Assembly (NCBI GenBank): GCA_964412125.1
Contig: CAYPNR010000005.1
Location: 1-49,458, forward strand
DNA from: an uncultured Planctomycetota bacterium
Lineage (GTDB): Bacteria > Planctomycetota > SKW154
Length of the DNA stretch: 49,458 nt
Direction of reading: 5' to 3'
The notes below the pieces were generated by a model that saw only the letters and a list, made by a program, of their open reading frames with translations, was not told the DNA's origin and did no database searches. Below are positions 27,833 through 36,351 of the stretch, one piece after another (within the stretch, counting starts at the first letter, position 1; each line of letters starts with the position of its first letter). Made by a program: the position numbers and the translations under genes.

Positions 27833-29296
27833 TCAGGGGCGGGTCTTTTGCGGGTCGCTTCCGGCGGCGAGGAGGCGTCGGAGGACTTCCGCGGCGGTTT
27901 CCGGCTCGGCGCGTCCCCGCGTCTTTCTCATGAGCCGGCCGAGCAGGAACTTGAGGGCGGTCTTCTTGCCCGCGCGGTAGTCGGCGACCGCCTGCGGGTT
28001 CTCCGCGAGCACCTGTTCTGCGGTCTCGACGAGCGCCTCCGCGTCGCGTTGCGCGTAGAGGTCGTCGGCCGCGACGATCTCCGCGGCGCTCGCGCCGGTC
28101 TCCGCCATCCTGCGGTAGACCCGCTTCGCCACAGGACCGGTTATGCGTCCCCGCCGCAGCATCTCCAGCAGCGCGGCGAGCGCCTCCGGAGGCACCCGCA
28201 GCGAGGGCGGGCTTTTCGATTGCTTCCCGCCGGACGTCCGCAACGCTTCTGTGACGAGCCAGTTCGCGGCCTGCCTCGCCGGAGCGAGACGGCGAAGCGC
28301 CTCGTAGTAACGCGCCAGGTCCGGTCGCGAGGCGAGCACGCGCGCCGCGCCGGCCGAGACTCCGTGTTCGTCGCGGAATCGGTTTTCCATCTCCAGAGGC
28401 GACTCGCCGAGTCCGACGCCGGCCTCTTTCAGGAGCGTCTCGTCCAGGACGAGCGCGGGAATATCGGGCTCCGGCAGATAACGGTAGTCGTGGATTTCTT
28501 CTTTTCCGCGCCGCACGACGACGCGACGCCGCTTCGGATCGAAACGCAGCGTCCGACGCTCGACGCGGCCTCCGCGGCGGATTATGTCGACCTGGCGGGA
28601 GATTTCGGAGCGGAGCGCCGCTTCGAGTTGCGAAAAAGAGTTGAGGTTCTTGATCTCGGTACGCGTGCCGGGCGCCTCCGCGGCGCCGCTTCGGAGCGAG
28701 ACGTTCGCGTCCACGCGAAGATGGCCTTTCTCCATGTCGCAGTCGGAGACGCCGGCGAAGAGAAGCGTTCTGCGGAGTTCCTCGCAGAAGGCCCGCGCCT
28801 CGTCCGCCGAGCGCAGTTCGGGTGCGGTCACCACCTCCAGCAGCGGAACGCCGCAGCGGTTGAAGTCCACCAGCGCTTCTCCGGTCCCGTCGCGGTAGGC
28901 GGTTCTGCCGGAGTCCTCTTCGAGTTGGAGTCGGAGGACGCGGACGGTCCGCGTGGAGTTTCCGGAGCGGAAGCGGAGCGCGCCGCCCGTCGCGACGGGG
29001 CGCTCGCGCTGGGTTATTTGATAGCCCTTGGGGAGGTCGGGATAGAAGTAGTGTTTGCGCTCGAAGCGCGAGACGGTGTGCACTTTGCAGTCGAGGGCGA
29101 GCGCCGCGCGGACCGCGAGGCGGACGGCGGCGCGGTTGGGCACGGGCAGCGAGCCGGGCAGGCCGAGACAGGTGGGACAGACGAGCGTGTTGGGCGGAGC
29201 CGGAAAGCGCACGGGACAGGCGCAGAAGAGTTTGGAGTCCGTCTTCAGTTGCAGATGCACTTCGAGACCGATGACGGGCTCCCGCGCACCGGTCAC
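27833..29296 (-). CDS. gatB: Asp/Glu-tRNA(Asn/Gln) amidotransferase subunit B
   Basis: The ORF contains IGLEVHLQLKT.SKLFC.C...PNT..CP.CLGLPG.LP..N...RKHYFYPDLPKGYQI.Q. GTG 29296 overlaps the upstream TGA. Confidence 0.93.
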   Translation of the reverse strand: MTGAREPVIGLEVHLQLKTDSKLFCACPVRFPAPPNTLVCPTCLGLPGSLPVPNRAAVRLAVRAALALDCKVHTVSRFERKHYFYPDLPKGYQITQRERPVATGGALRFRSGNSTRTVRVLRLQLEEDSGRTAYRDGTGEALVDFNRCGVPLLEVVTAPELRSADEARAFCEELRRTLLFAGVSDCDMEKGHLRVDANVSLRSGAAEAPGTRTEIKNLNSFSQLEAALRSEISRQVDIIRRGGRVERRTLRFDPKRRRVVVRRGKEEIHDYRYLPEPDIPALVLDETLLKEAGVGLGESPLEMENRFRDEHGVSAGAARVLASRPDLARYYEALRRLAPARQAANWLVTEALRTSGGKQSKSPPSLRVPPEALAALLEMLRRGRITGPVAKRVYRRMAETGASAAEIVAADDLYAQRDAEALVETAEQVLAENPQAVADYRAGKKTALKFLLGRLMRKTRGRAEPETAAEVLRRLLAAGSDPQKTRP

Positions 29297-29730
29297 CGTC
29301 GCCGGCCCTCACGTATGCGGGTGCGCACGACGTTGCGGATGGGACGCATCAGTCGCAGAGCGACGCGCCGCTCATGAAAGCCGCAGGACTTGAAGAACTT
29401 CTCGCCGACCGGGTCTTCTGTGACGGCGGTGATGTTGTAGAGGCCGCGGAAGCGACGCACGACGACGGACACCATGCCGCGCGCCACGCCGCGTCGATGG
29501 TGGTCCGGATGGACGAGGATGTCGGCTATGTAAGCGTTGAAGCAGCCGTCGGAGATGACGCGCAGGAGACCGATCAGGTGTTTGTCCTCCCACGCCGAGA
29601 CGACCAGGTCGGAGTTGATCAGCGCCTGTTTGAGAATGCGGGGGCGGAGCCAGTGGAGCCAGCGGACCGCGCGATACAGTGCGCGGACCTGCGGAAGCGG
29701 CAGATCACTTCCCGTTCTGTACTCTATCAA
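29293..29730 (-). CDS. GNAT-family N-acetyltransferase
   Basis: TTG 29730 follows AGGAGGAGGAG and overlaps the hflX TGA. An acetyl-CoA motif is present (HPDHHRRGVARGMV). Upstream of 29730, the 442-aa track ORF is shadow frame. Confidence 0.7.
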   Translation of the reverse strand: MIEYRTGSDLPLPQVRALYRAVRWLHWLRPRILKQALINSDLVVSAWEDKHLIGLLRVISDGCFNAYIADILVHPDHHRRGVARGMVSVVVRRFRGLYNITAVTEDPVGEKFFKSCGFHERRVALRLMRPIRNVVRTRIREGRRR

Positions 29731-31055
29731 CTCTCCTCCTCCTCTTTCGAGAACCCGCGGACGGCTTTGCCTTCCACTTCGACGCGCCGCAAGGCGACTC
29801 CCTTTCCGATCAGGCGTCGCACGACGGCCTCCGGCAGTCGCGCAACGACAGTATACCGCTCGTCTTCCAATTCCTCCAGCAGCACCCGTCCCGCCTTTCT
29901 TATCTGGTTTCTGACTCCGCCGTCGGCCGCGCTCACATCGAGTCGCACGGTCGTCCAGTTCTCCTCGACGATGGCCGCGACGCGGGCGTCGAGCGCGTCC
30001 AGGCCGCTGCCGGTCCTGGCGCTGGCGGCCACGCACCGGCCCAACTGGCGCGAAAGAATGGAGAACTCCAGCGGGTCGCCGATGAGATCGACTTTGTTGA
30101 GGACCACCAACCTGCGCGTGCGATGCGCGCCGAGGTCTTCCAGGACGCCCTCCACGGTCTGCACCATGACCTCCGCCGCCGGATCGGAAGCGTCCACCAC
30201 GTGCAGGAGCAGATCGGCGTGCAGGACCTCTTCGAGGGTCGCGTGAAAGGACGCGACGAGATGATGTGGAATGTGACGGATGAAGCCGACGGTGTCCGAG
30301 AGCACGACCTCTTTTCCGTCGGAGAGGCGCCACAGGCGCGTTCGCGTGTCGAGCGTGGCGAACAGTTTGGACGAAACGTGCTGTGAGTCGCCGGTGAGGC
30401 GGTTCAGGAGAGTGGACTTGCCGGCGTTTGTGTATCCGACCATGCATATCTGAAACATGTCCCGCGCGCCGACCAGCCGCCGGCGGTGCCGATCGATACG
30501 TGCGATTTCGCGTTTCAGATCGGTGATGCGCTTTCTTATCACGCGCCTGTCCTCTTCGAGTTGCTTCTCTCCCGGTCCGCGCAGGCCGATACCGCCCTTT
30601 ATCCGTTCCAGGTGCGTCCATCGTCGGCGCAGGCGCGGCAGTTCGTATTCCAACTGCGCCAGTTCCACCTGCAGTTTCGCCTGTCTGCTTCGCGCGTGTC
30701 GCGCGAATATATCGAGTATCAACTCGGTTCGGTCTATGGCGCGGACGCCCGTTTCGCGTTCGATGTTGCGCAACTGGGCCGGCGTCAGGTCGCCGTTGAA
30801 GATGATCAGGTCCGCGTCGGTCTCCGCCGCCAGGTCTTTCAGCGCGCGTACCTTGCCGGCGCCTATGTAGAACGCCGGATTCACTCCGTCGCGCCGCTGC
30901 ACCAACTCCCCCACGGTCTCCGCGCCGGCGGTCTTCGCCAGCGAGCGCAACTCGTCGACGACGGACTCGTCGAGGCGATCCGCCTTTTTCGGCAGCAGAC
31001 TGACGAGGATCGCTTTTTCGTGCGCCGGTCGGACGTCTTCGGGCTCCCGGGCCAT
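29727..31055 (-). CDS. hflX: GTPase HflX
   Basis: The ORF contains GAGKV..L......D.IIFN..L.P.Q..N.E, G1 GYTNAGKSTLLN, DTVGFI and NKVD. ATG 31055 is preceded by GAGGA. Confidence 0.9.
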   Translation of the reverse strand: MAREPEDVRPAHEKAILVSLLPKKADRLDESVVDELRSLAKTAGAETVGELVQRRDGVNPAFYIGAGKVRALKDLAAETDADLIIFNGDLTPAQLRNIERETGVRAIDRTELILDIFARHARSRQAKLQVELAQLEYELPRLRRRWTHLERIKGGIGLRGPGEKQLEEDRRVIRKRITDLKREIARIDRHRRRLVGARDMFQICMVGYTNAGKSTLLNRLTGDSQHVSSKLFATLDTRTRLWRLSDGKEVVLSDTVGFIRHIPHHLVASFHATLEEVLHADLLLHVVDASDPAAEVMVQTVEGVLEDLGAHRTRRLVVLNKVDLIGDPLEFSILSRQLGRCVAASARTGSGLDALDARVAAIVEENWTTVRLDVSAADGGVRNQIRKAGRVLLEELEDERYTVVARLPEAVVRRLIGKGVALRRVEVEGKAVRGFSKEEEES

Positions 31056-31066
31056 CCGGACGATCC

Positions 31067-31939
31067 TCACAAACGGTGGATGATCTGCGGGCGGAAGGCC
31101 TCGCGCGGCAGTTTCGCCGCCTCGTCCAGCGCCGCCAGCATCCGCGGCTTGTCCTCGGGCAGTCGTCCTTCCACGAACGCGTAGTTCGACACGTGATCGG
31201 TCAGAAAGAGTGTGCGGCAGTTCAGGTTCTCCACCAGCAGCCGCATCTCCTCTATCGCTTCGTGGGGCTCGGGCAGCACGAACGCGCCTTCGCGCCAGCG
31301 TCGCCACAGCGGCGTGCCCGGCACGGGCACGTAAGTGCGTATCCGCACGAAGTCCGGCTCGACGGCGTTGAGCAGCCGCGCGCTCTCCTCGGCGTGTCGA
31401 CGCCGGCGATCGCGTCCCGCTATTCCGATCATTATGTACTCCGACAGTTCTATACCGGCCTCTTTCACGCGTCCGCCCGCCTCCACCATCTGCTCCGGCG
31501 TCGCGCCTTTCCTTATCCGCTCCAGCGTCACCGCGTCGCCCGACTCCATTCCGGAGTGGATGCGGGACAGGCCCGCCTCGCGCAGCGCGACCAGTTCGTC
31601 TATGCTCTTGCGGACGAGGAACTTAGCCGAGCCGTAGGTGGTGATACGCTGCAGGCGCGGGAAGAGCGAACGCGCGAATCGCAGGATCTCGCAGAGTTTT
31701 TCGGTGCGCATGATGACGGTGTTGCCGTCCGGCAGGAAGATGGAGCGGACGAGAGGCCCGTAGATTTTACGCGCCGTTCGCAGGTCTTCTTTGATCTCCT
31801 CCGGTTTGCGTATGCGGAACCGTTTTCGTTTGTACATTCCGCAGAAGGTGCATTTGTTGTGCGGACAGCCGATGGTGCACTGGATGAGCAGACTCTCCGC
31901 CTCCGAGGGCGGCCGATACAACGGTTCCTCGTAACGCAT
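31067..31939 (-). CDS. Radical SAM protein (290 aa)
   Basis: ATG 31939 follows GGGAGGGG. The ORF begins YRPPSEAESLLIQCTIGCPHNKCTFCGMY, which gives the CxxxCxxC cluster motif. I did not recognise the subfamily. Confidence 0.8.
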   Translation of the reverse strand: MRYEEPLYRPPSEAESLLIQCTIGCPHNKCTFCGMYKRKRFRIRKPEEIKEDLRTARKIYGPLVRSIFLPDGNTVIMRTEKLCEILRFARSLFPRLQRITTYGSAKFLVRKSIDELVALREAGLSRIHSGMESGDAVTLERIRKGATPEQMVEAGGRVKEAGIELSEYIMIGIAGRDRRRRHAEESARLLNAVEPDFVRIRTYVPVPGTPLWRRWREGAFVLPEPHEAIEEMRLLVENLNCRTLFLTDHVSNYAFVEGRLPEDKPRMLAALDEAAKLPREAFRPQIIHRL

Positions 31940-31978
31940 CGTCCCCTCCCGGGCCCTTCGAAGAAGAGCGTCCGAGAC

Positions 31979-32006
31979 ATGATACCACGAATCGCCGCGG
32001 AAGCAA
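31979..32006 (-). promoter_or_regulatory. Sigma70-like promoter: TTGCTT-N16-(TGg)TATCAT
   Basis: Minus-strand -35 box at 32006-32001. The -10 box at 31984-31979 is preceded by TGG, which gives an extended -10. It lies about 40 nt upstream of the radical SAM ATG. Confidence 0.45.
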
Positions 32007-32046
32007 GCGTGGCTCGCGCGCGCCGCGCGCGTCGTTTGCGAAAGCG

Positions 32047-32075
32047 TTGACCGTGGGGCGTTATCGGGGTAAAAT
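32047..32075 (+). promoter_or_regulatory. Sigma70-like promoter: TTGACC-N17-TAAAAT
   Basis: The -35 box is at 32047-32052 and the -10 box at 32070-32075, about 30 nt upstream of the phoH GTG at 32108. Confidence 0.5.
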
Positions 32076-32107
32076 TCACGCGGGACGAATGAGGTCTCGA
32101 CCTGGCG

Positions 32108-33064
32108 GTGGAATACGCTTTCCAGTTGAAGGGCGCGCAGGAAGCGATGATTCTCTTCGGAGAGGGCGACGCCAATCTGAAGGAGTTGAAGTCCGCTTTC
32201 GACGTGCGCCTGGTCGCGCGCGACACCATGCTCAGGATCGCCGGCAAGGACGCGGAGGTGGAGCGCGTCCGCATCATGCTTCACGACGTACTGACGCAGA
32301 TACGCGCCGGGATAGTGACCACGCCGGCGGAGAGCCACGAAGTCATGAAGAGGATGCTGATAGAGGTGCACGAGCGCCGCGCGGACGAGTTGGGCATGGA
32401 GGACTTTCTGCTGACCGACGTCAAGAGCGACGGACAGCGGCGCTACGTGGAAGCGATTCTGCGCTCGCCCATCGTTTTCTGCATAGGGCCGAGCGGCACC
32501 GGCAAGACGTATCTGGCGGTCATGATGGCGGTTTCGTTTCTGAAGTTCGAACTGGTCAAGAAGATCGTACTGGTGCGGCCGGCGGTGGAGGCCGGCGAGA
32601 AGTTGGGCTATCTGCCCGGCGACTTTCGACAGAAGGTGAGTCCGTATCTGCGACCGCTCTACGACGCGCTTTACGACTTTCTGGGCATAGCGCGGCTGCA
32701 GCGCTACAGCGGCATGGACATAATAGAGGTGATACCGCTGGCGTACATGCGCGGGCGGACTCTGAACCGCTCGTTCATCATACTCGACGAGGCGCAGAAC
32801 ACCACGGCGACGCAGATGAAGATGTTTCTGACCAGGATGGGCGTCGCCTCGAAAGTGGTGGTGACGGGAGACGTGACGCAGATAGATCTTCTGCAGAGGC
32901 ACGACTCCGGACTGGTACGGGTCCAGCGGATACTGAAGGACATAGAGGGAGTGGAGTTCGTCTACATGGGCGGACGCGACATCGTACGCAACCCGATAAT
33001 TCAGCGCATAGTAGAGGCTTACGAGAGGGAGGAGAATGGCGACGCGGCGGAGGGTGAAGCCTGA
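32108..33064 (+). CDS. phoH: PhoH-family ATPase (YbeZ-like)
   Basis: The ORF contains GPSGTGKTYLAV...RPAVEAGEKLGYLPGD...K..PYLRPLYDAL...ILDEAQN.T..QMKMFLTR.G...K.VVTGD.TQIDL. Confidence 0.92.
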   Translation: MEYAFQLKGAQEAMILFGEGDANLKELKSAFDVRLVARDTMLRIAGKDAEVERVRIMLHDVLTQIRAGIVTTPAESHEVMKRMLIEVHERRADELGMEDFLLTDVKSDGQRRYVEAILRSPIVFCIGPSGTGKTYLAVMMAVSFLKFELVKKIVLVRPAVEAGEKLGYLPGDFRQKVSPYLRPLYDALYDFLGIARLQRYSGMDIIEVIPLAYMRGRTLNRSFIILDEAQNTTATQMKMFLTRMGVASKVVVTGDVTQIDLLQRHDSGLVRVQRILKDIEGVEFVYMGGRDIVRNPIIQRIVEAYEREENGDAAEGEA

Positions 33065-34544
33065 GAGGGCCAGGGCCCTGACGGCCACGAAAGCGAGGCG
33101 ACGCGAGCCGGAGAGATTTTCTCCACCGGTGTTCATCATGCTTCTGGTGTCCACGGCGCTGGTTCTGGTGGAGCAGATTTACGCGCTGCTCGTACGCGGC
33201 GCGCCCGCGCCCGCGATGTTTCTGCTGGGCTACGGCGGCGTACTGGCGGTGATGAGTCTTCTTGCGGCGCGGATAGTGGTGGCGATCGCCCCGCAGATGG
33301 CGAAGCGGGGCCGTCTCGGTCTGGCGGGCGGTCTGTTCGTCGGGACGCTCGTGACGGCGAGGGTCTTCGCGGCCTTCGACGTCTCGATACACGCGACGCC
33401 GGTGGTGGTGGCGGGCGTGCTGTTCGCTCAGGTGATGCCGACGGTCGGCGCGGTATCGGCCTGCGCGATACTGGCGCCGGTGCTGGCGCTTCACGAGCCG
33501 TCGGCGGCGCCGGCGCTTTTCGCGGCCGCCGCGACCGCCGCCTACGCCGCGCGACGCATAGACACGCGGACGCGCGTCCTGCAGGCCGGCATCGCCGGCG
33601 GACTGGTGCAGGCGACGGTGGTGCTCTTCATCGCCGCGACGGGCGGACTGTACACTCTCGGCGCGATAACCACGGTCGCCGGCCAGATGGGCTGGGCCGC
33701 GGCCGCCGGCGTGGTCTGGGCGCTCGTGCTCTCCGGCGCGCAGCCGCTGCTCGAGCGGCATCTGGGCATGGTGACGCCCATGCGTCTGGACGAGTTGGCG
33801 GACCTGAACCAGCCGATCTTCCGGAGGTTTCTTCTTGAGGCGCCGGGCACCTATCATCACAGCGTTCTGGTGGGCTCGCTGGCGGAGGCGGCGGCCGAGG
33901 CGGTCTCCGCCGACGGCCTGCTCGCGCGCGTCGGCGCCTATTTCCACGACATAGGCAAACTGTCCAAGCCCACCTACTTCACCGAGAACGTCCGCGCCGA
34001 GGGCAGCCGGCACGAACGTCTGTCTCCGGCGATGAGCGCGCTGGTGATAATGAGTCACGTCAAGGACGGCGTGGAACTGGCCGGAGACCTCAGACTGCCG
34101 CGTCCGATAGTCGAGATAATAGAGCAGCATCACGGCACGTCGGTGGTGGAGTACTTCTATCACGAGGCGCTCGAGGAGGCGCGTCGCAACGGCAACGAAC
34201 GGAGCGTGGACATCACCCGCTACCGGTATCCCGGCCCGCGCCCGCGCTCGCGCGAGGCCGCCATCGTCATGCTGGCCGACGCGGTCGAGGCCGCCAGCCG
34301 CTCGTTGAAGGAGCCGTCCTCCACGCGCGTCGCCGAACTGGTCCACGAGTTGGTGATGAACCGACTGCTCGACGGCCAACTCGACGAGAGCCCCCTCACT
34401 CTCCGCGAGATCCACATCATCGAGGCGACGCTGACGCACATGCTGCAGGGCATATTCCACACGCGGATAAGTTATCCGTCCAGGAAGGGCGGCGGAGAGG
34501 CCGCGGAAGAGGAGGCCCCGCGCGGGAGCGGAGCCGACTCCTGA
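33036..34544 (+). CDS. 7TM-HD (PgpH/YqfF-like) membrane phosphohydrolase
   Basis: A multi-TM N-terminal half, then an HD domain (HHSVLVGSLAEAAA...YFHDIGK...HHG). It follows phoH, as it does in many bacteria. Confidence 0.8.
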   Translation: MATRRRVKPERARALTATKARRREPERFSPPVFIMLLVSTALVLVEQIYALLVRGAPAPAMFLLGYGGVLAVMSLLAARIVVAIAPQMAKRGRLGLAGGLFVGTLVTARVFAAFDVSIHATPVVVAGVLFAQVMPTVGAVSACAILAPVLALHEPSAAPALFAAAATAAYAARRIDTRTRVLQAGIAGGLVQATVVLFIAATGGLYTLGAITTVAGQMGWAAAAGVVWALVLSGAQPLLERHLGMVTPMRLDELADLNQPIFRRFLLEAPGTYHHSVLVGSLAEAAAEAVSADGLLARVGAYFHDIGKLSKPTYFTENVRAEGSRHERLSPAMSALVIMSHVKDGVELAGDLRLPRPIVEIIEQHHGTSVVEYFYHEALEEARRNGNERSVDITRYRYPGPRPRSREAAIVMLADAVEAASRSLKEPSSTRVAELVHELVMNRLLDGQLDESPLTLREIHIIEATLTHMLQGIFHTRISYPSRKGGGEAAEEEAPRGSGADS

Positions 34545-34583
34545 GCGGCCGGCCGTCCCGGACCGTTTTTCCTTGCGCCGGGT

Positions 34584-35792
34584 CTACTTTTCCGACAGCG
34601 CCCTGTGCGCGTACGAAAGCGCCATCACCGCGTATGCCGTGGCAAGTGCGGGCTGGTTTTCGTACCATCTTTTGTTTTCGTTTTTCCATGTGCCGTCGGC
34701 GCCCTGCATGCCGACCAGTTTTTCGATCAACTCGGCCGCCCAGTTGTGCGCGCCGCCGCGCTCGTCCTTTATCTCCTTCTTTCCGTGGTGGTACAGCGCC
34801 TTCGCCAGAGTCATGTAGTAGTAGTAGAGGCCCTGCAGATGCGAGCCGGCGTACTTCTTGGCGGAGATGCCCGGATTCTCGTCCAGCGTCCAGTTGCGCC
34901 GTATCCAGCCCCAGACGCCCTTGACGCGGCTGTCGTCTCTGTCGACGAAAGCGTATATCATGCTCAGAAGCGCCGCGTAGGTCATCGAGCCGTAAGACGG
35001 ATAAGAAACCGTGCCGTCGGGGTTCTCCACCTTCACGCTCGAACGCGTCATGCCCGGCCCGTAGATGCCGCCGCCGTCGTTGGTCGGCTTGAAAGGCTTG
35101 CCGTCGGCGGTCTTTATCTTCGCCTGGTTCGCCTCGGGATTGTTCAGCGAACGTGTGACGAAAGCGTCCATCCGCCTGAACGCTTCGTGTCCCTTTTCGA
35201 GTCGCGCGTCGCGCAGCGCGCCCGCCGCGAAGGTGGTGTTCGACATGTCGCATCGTTCCTTCTTCGCCTCCTTGTCGTAGCCCCAGCCTCCGTTCCTGAC
35301 GTCCTCCTTCGCCATCGGGTTCCAGTACTGCGCGTTCAGGAGATAGTCCTTCATCGCCTCGATTTCCTTCTTGTACTTCTCGTAATCGTATCTCGACAGG
35401 ATGGAGAGGAGAACGCTCGTCTTGTACACCACGTTGCCCTGCTCGTCGGAGACCGAGCCGTCGTTGCGCAGGAACTTCATCAGATAGCCGATGCCCTTCT
35501 CGATCGTCCGCCGATACTTTTCGCGGAGCGGACTTTCCACGAGCGCCAGCACGCAGATGGAGGTGATCCCCGCGCCCGCCCGCGGATCGCCTATGCAGCC
35601 GTCTTCGTTCTGCCGGGCCTTGAAGAACTCCGCCGCCTTGTCCATGGAGACCTCCGCTTTCTTTGCGTATGCGGCCTCGTCCGAGCCGCCGCCCGTCGGC
35701 GTCTGCTGCGCCGGTCGGCCGCCTTCCGGCTCTCGGCCGCCGCATCCCGCGATCAACAGGACTCCGATCAGAACCAGCCCCATCCGCCTCAA
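34584..35792 (-). CDS. Lipoprotein with prenyltransferase/terpene-cyclase-like alpha-alpha toroid repeats
   Basis: AGGAGG, then 7 nt, then TTG 35792 yields MRRMGLVLIGVLLIAGC, which contains a lipobox. Repeats of the form GGWGY, DGSV and DGTWKNE are present. The ORF-track ATG at 35846 lies upstream of the predicted -10 box. Confidence 0.75.
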   Translation of the reverse strand: MRRMGLVLIGVLLIAGCGGREPEGGRPAQQTPTGGGSDEAAYAKKAEVSMDKAAEFFKARQNEDGCIGDPRAGAGITSICVLALVESPLREKYRRTIEKGIGYLMKFLRNDGSVSDEQGNVVYKTSVLLSILSRYDYEKYKKEIEAMKDYLLNAQYWNPMAKEDVRNGGWGYDKEAKKERCDMSNTTFAAGALRDARLEKGHEAFRRMDAFVTRSLNNPEANQAKIKTADGKPFKPTNDGGGIYGPGMTRSSVKVENPDGTVSYPSYGSMTYAALLSMIYAFVDRDDSRVKGVWGWIRRNWTLDENPGISAKKYAGSHLQGLYYYYMTLAKALYHHGKKEIKDERGGAHNWAAELIEKLVGMQGADGTWKNENKRWYENQPALATAYAVMALSYAHRALSEK

Positions 35793-35837
35793 CGCTCGCC
35801 CTCCTATTACGCTCCTCGTTCGCTCTCCTCTCGTCTG

Positions 35838-35843
35838 ATTATA
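35838..35843 (-). promoter_or_regulatory. Perfect TATAAT -10 box for the lipoprotein gene
   Basis: Minus strand reads TATAAT across 35843-35838. The -35 box is poor (CGAAAA). It lies about 45 nt upstream of TTG 35792. Confidence 0.3.
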
Positions 35844-35991
35844 CACGTATCGACTCCGGTTTTCGCTCTTTGTCCGCGTCTTGCGCGCTCCGCCTCCGCG
35901 GAAGCCCTCACCCCGGGTGTTCAGCGTCGCGCGCCGCCGCGGGGTTCAGTTGCGCGCGGCCGCGTTCGTCGGAAGCGGCGGGCGGTTGTTG

Positions 35992-36019
35992 TTGCGGCGG
36001 ACCGACCGGCCGCTACAAT
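35992..36019 (+). promoter_or_regulatory. Sigma70-like promoter: TTGCGG-N16-TACAAT
   Basis: The -35 box is at 35992-35997 and the -10 box at 36014-36019, about 50 nt upstream of ATG 36073. Confidence 0.35.
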
Positions 36020-36072
36020 TGTCTTCCGCGACGCTCGCGAAGCGGCTCGCGGACGACTTTCGGAGGGCGACG

Positions 36073-36351
36073 ATGGAGAACGCCGTGCGACTGCACGTCT
36101 TCTTCGAGGGCTTCGTTCAGGGAGTGGGCTTTCGTTACACCGCGGTTCACATCTCCCGCGACTTCGACGTCGCCGGCTTCGTACGCAACCTTTCCGACGG
36201 ACGCGTGGAGTTGGTGGCGGAGGGCGACGCGAAGGAGGTGCGCGGATTCGTCGGCCGCATCCGTGAGGTGATGCGCCGTTACATACACCAGGCGACCGTC
36301 ACGGAGGAGTCGCCGAGCGGTGAATTCGACTCCTTCCGCATCACATATTAG
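36073..36351 (+). CDS. acyP: Acylphosphatase
   Basis: 92 aa from ATG 36073, preceded by the RBS GGAGGG. The ORF contains V.G.VQGVGFRY......A....V.GFVRN..DG.VE..AEG. Confidence 0.88.
   Translation: MENAVRLHVFFEGFVQGVGFRYTAVHISRDFDVAGFVRNLSDGRVELVAEGDAKEVRGFVGRIREVMRRYIHQATVTEESPSGEFDSFRITY

Noticed and set aside
27105-29312. 735-aa minus-strand ORF
   Set aside because: It is an off-frame shadow of gatB and the ADP-ribosylglycohydrolase, with extreme Arg/Gly/Pro content.
34545-34583. GC-rich segment plus TTTTT between the pgpH-like and lipoprotein gene ends as a terminator
   Set aside because: I could not find a convincing stem. CCCGG/CCGGG would need a 16-nt loop. This remains possible but is unsupported.
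34605-36266. 553-aa plus-strand ORF
   Set aside because: It is antisense to the lipoprotein gene and runs through a divergent promoter region. The real acyP starts at ATG 36073.
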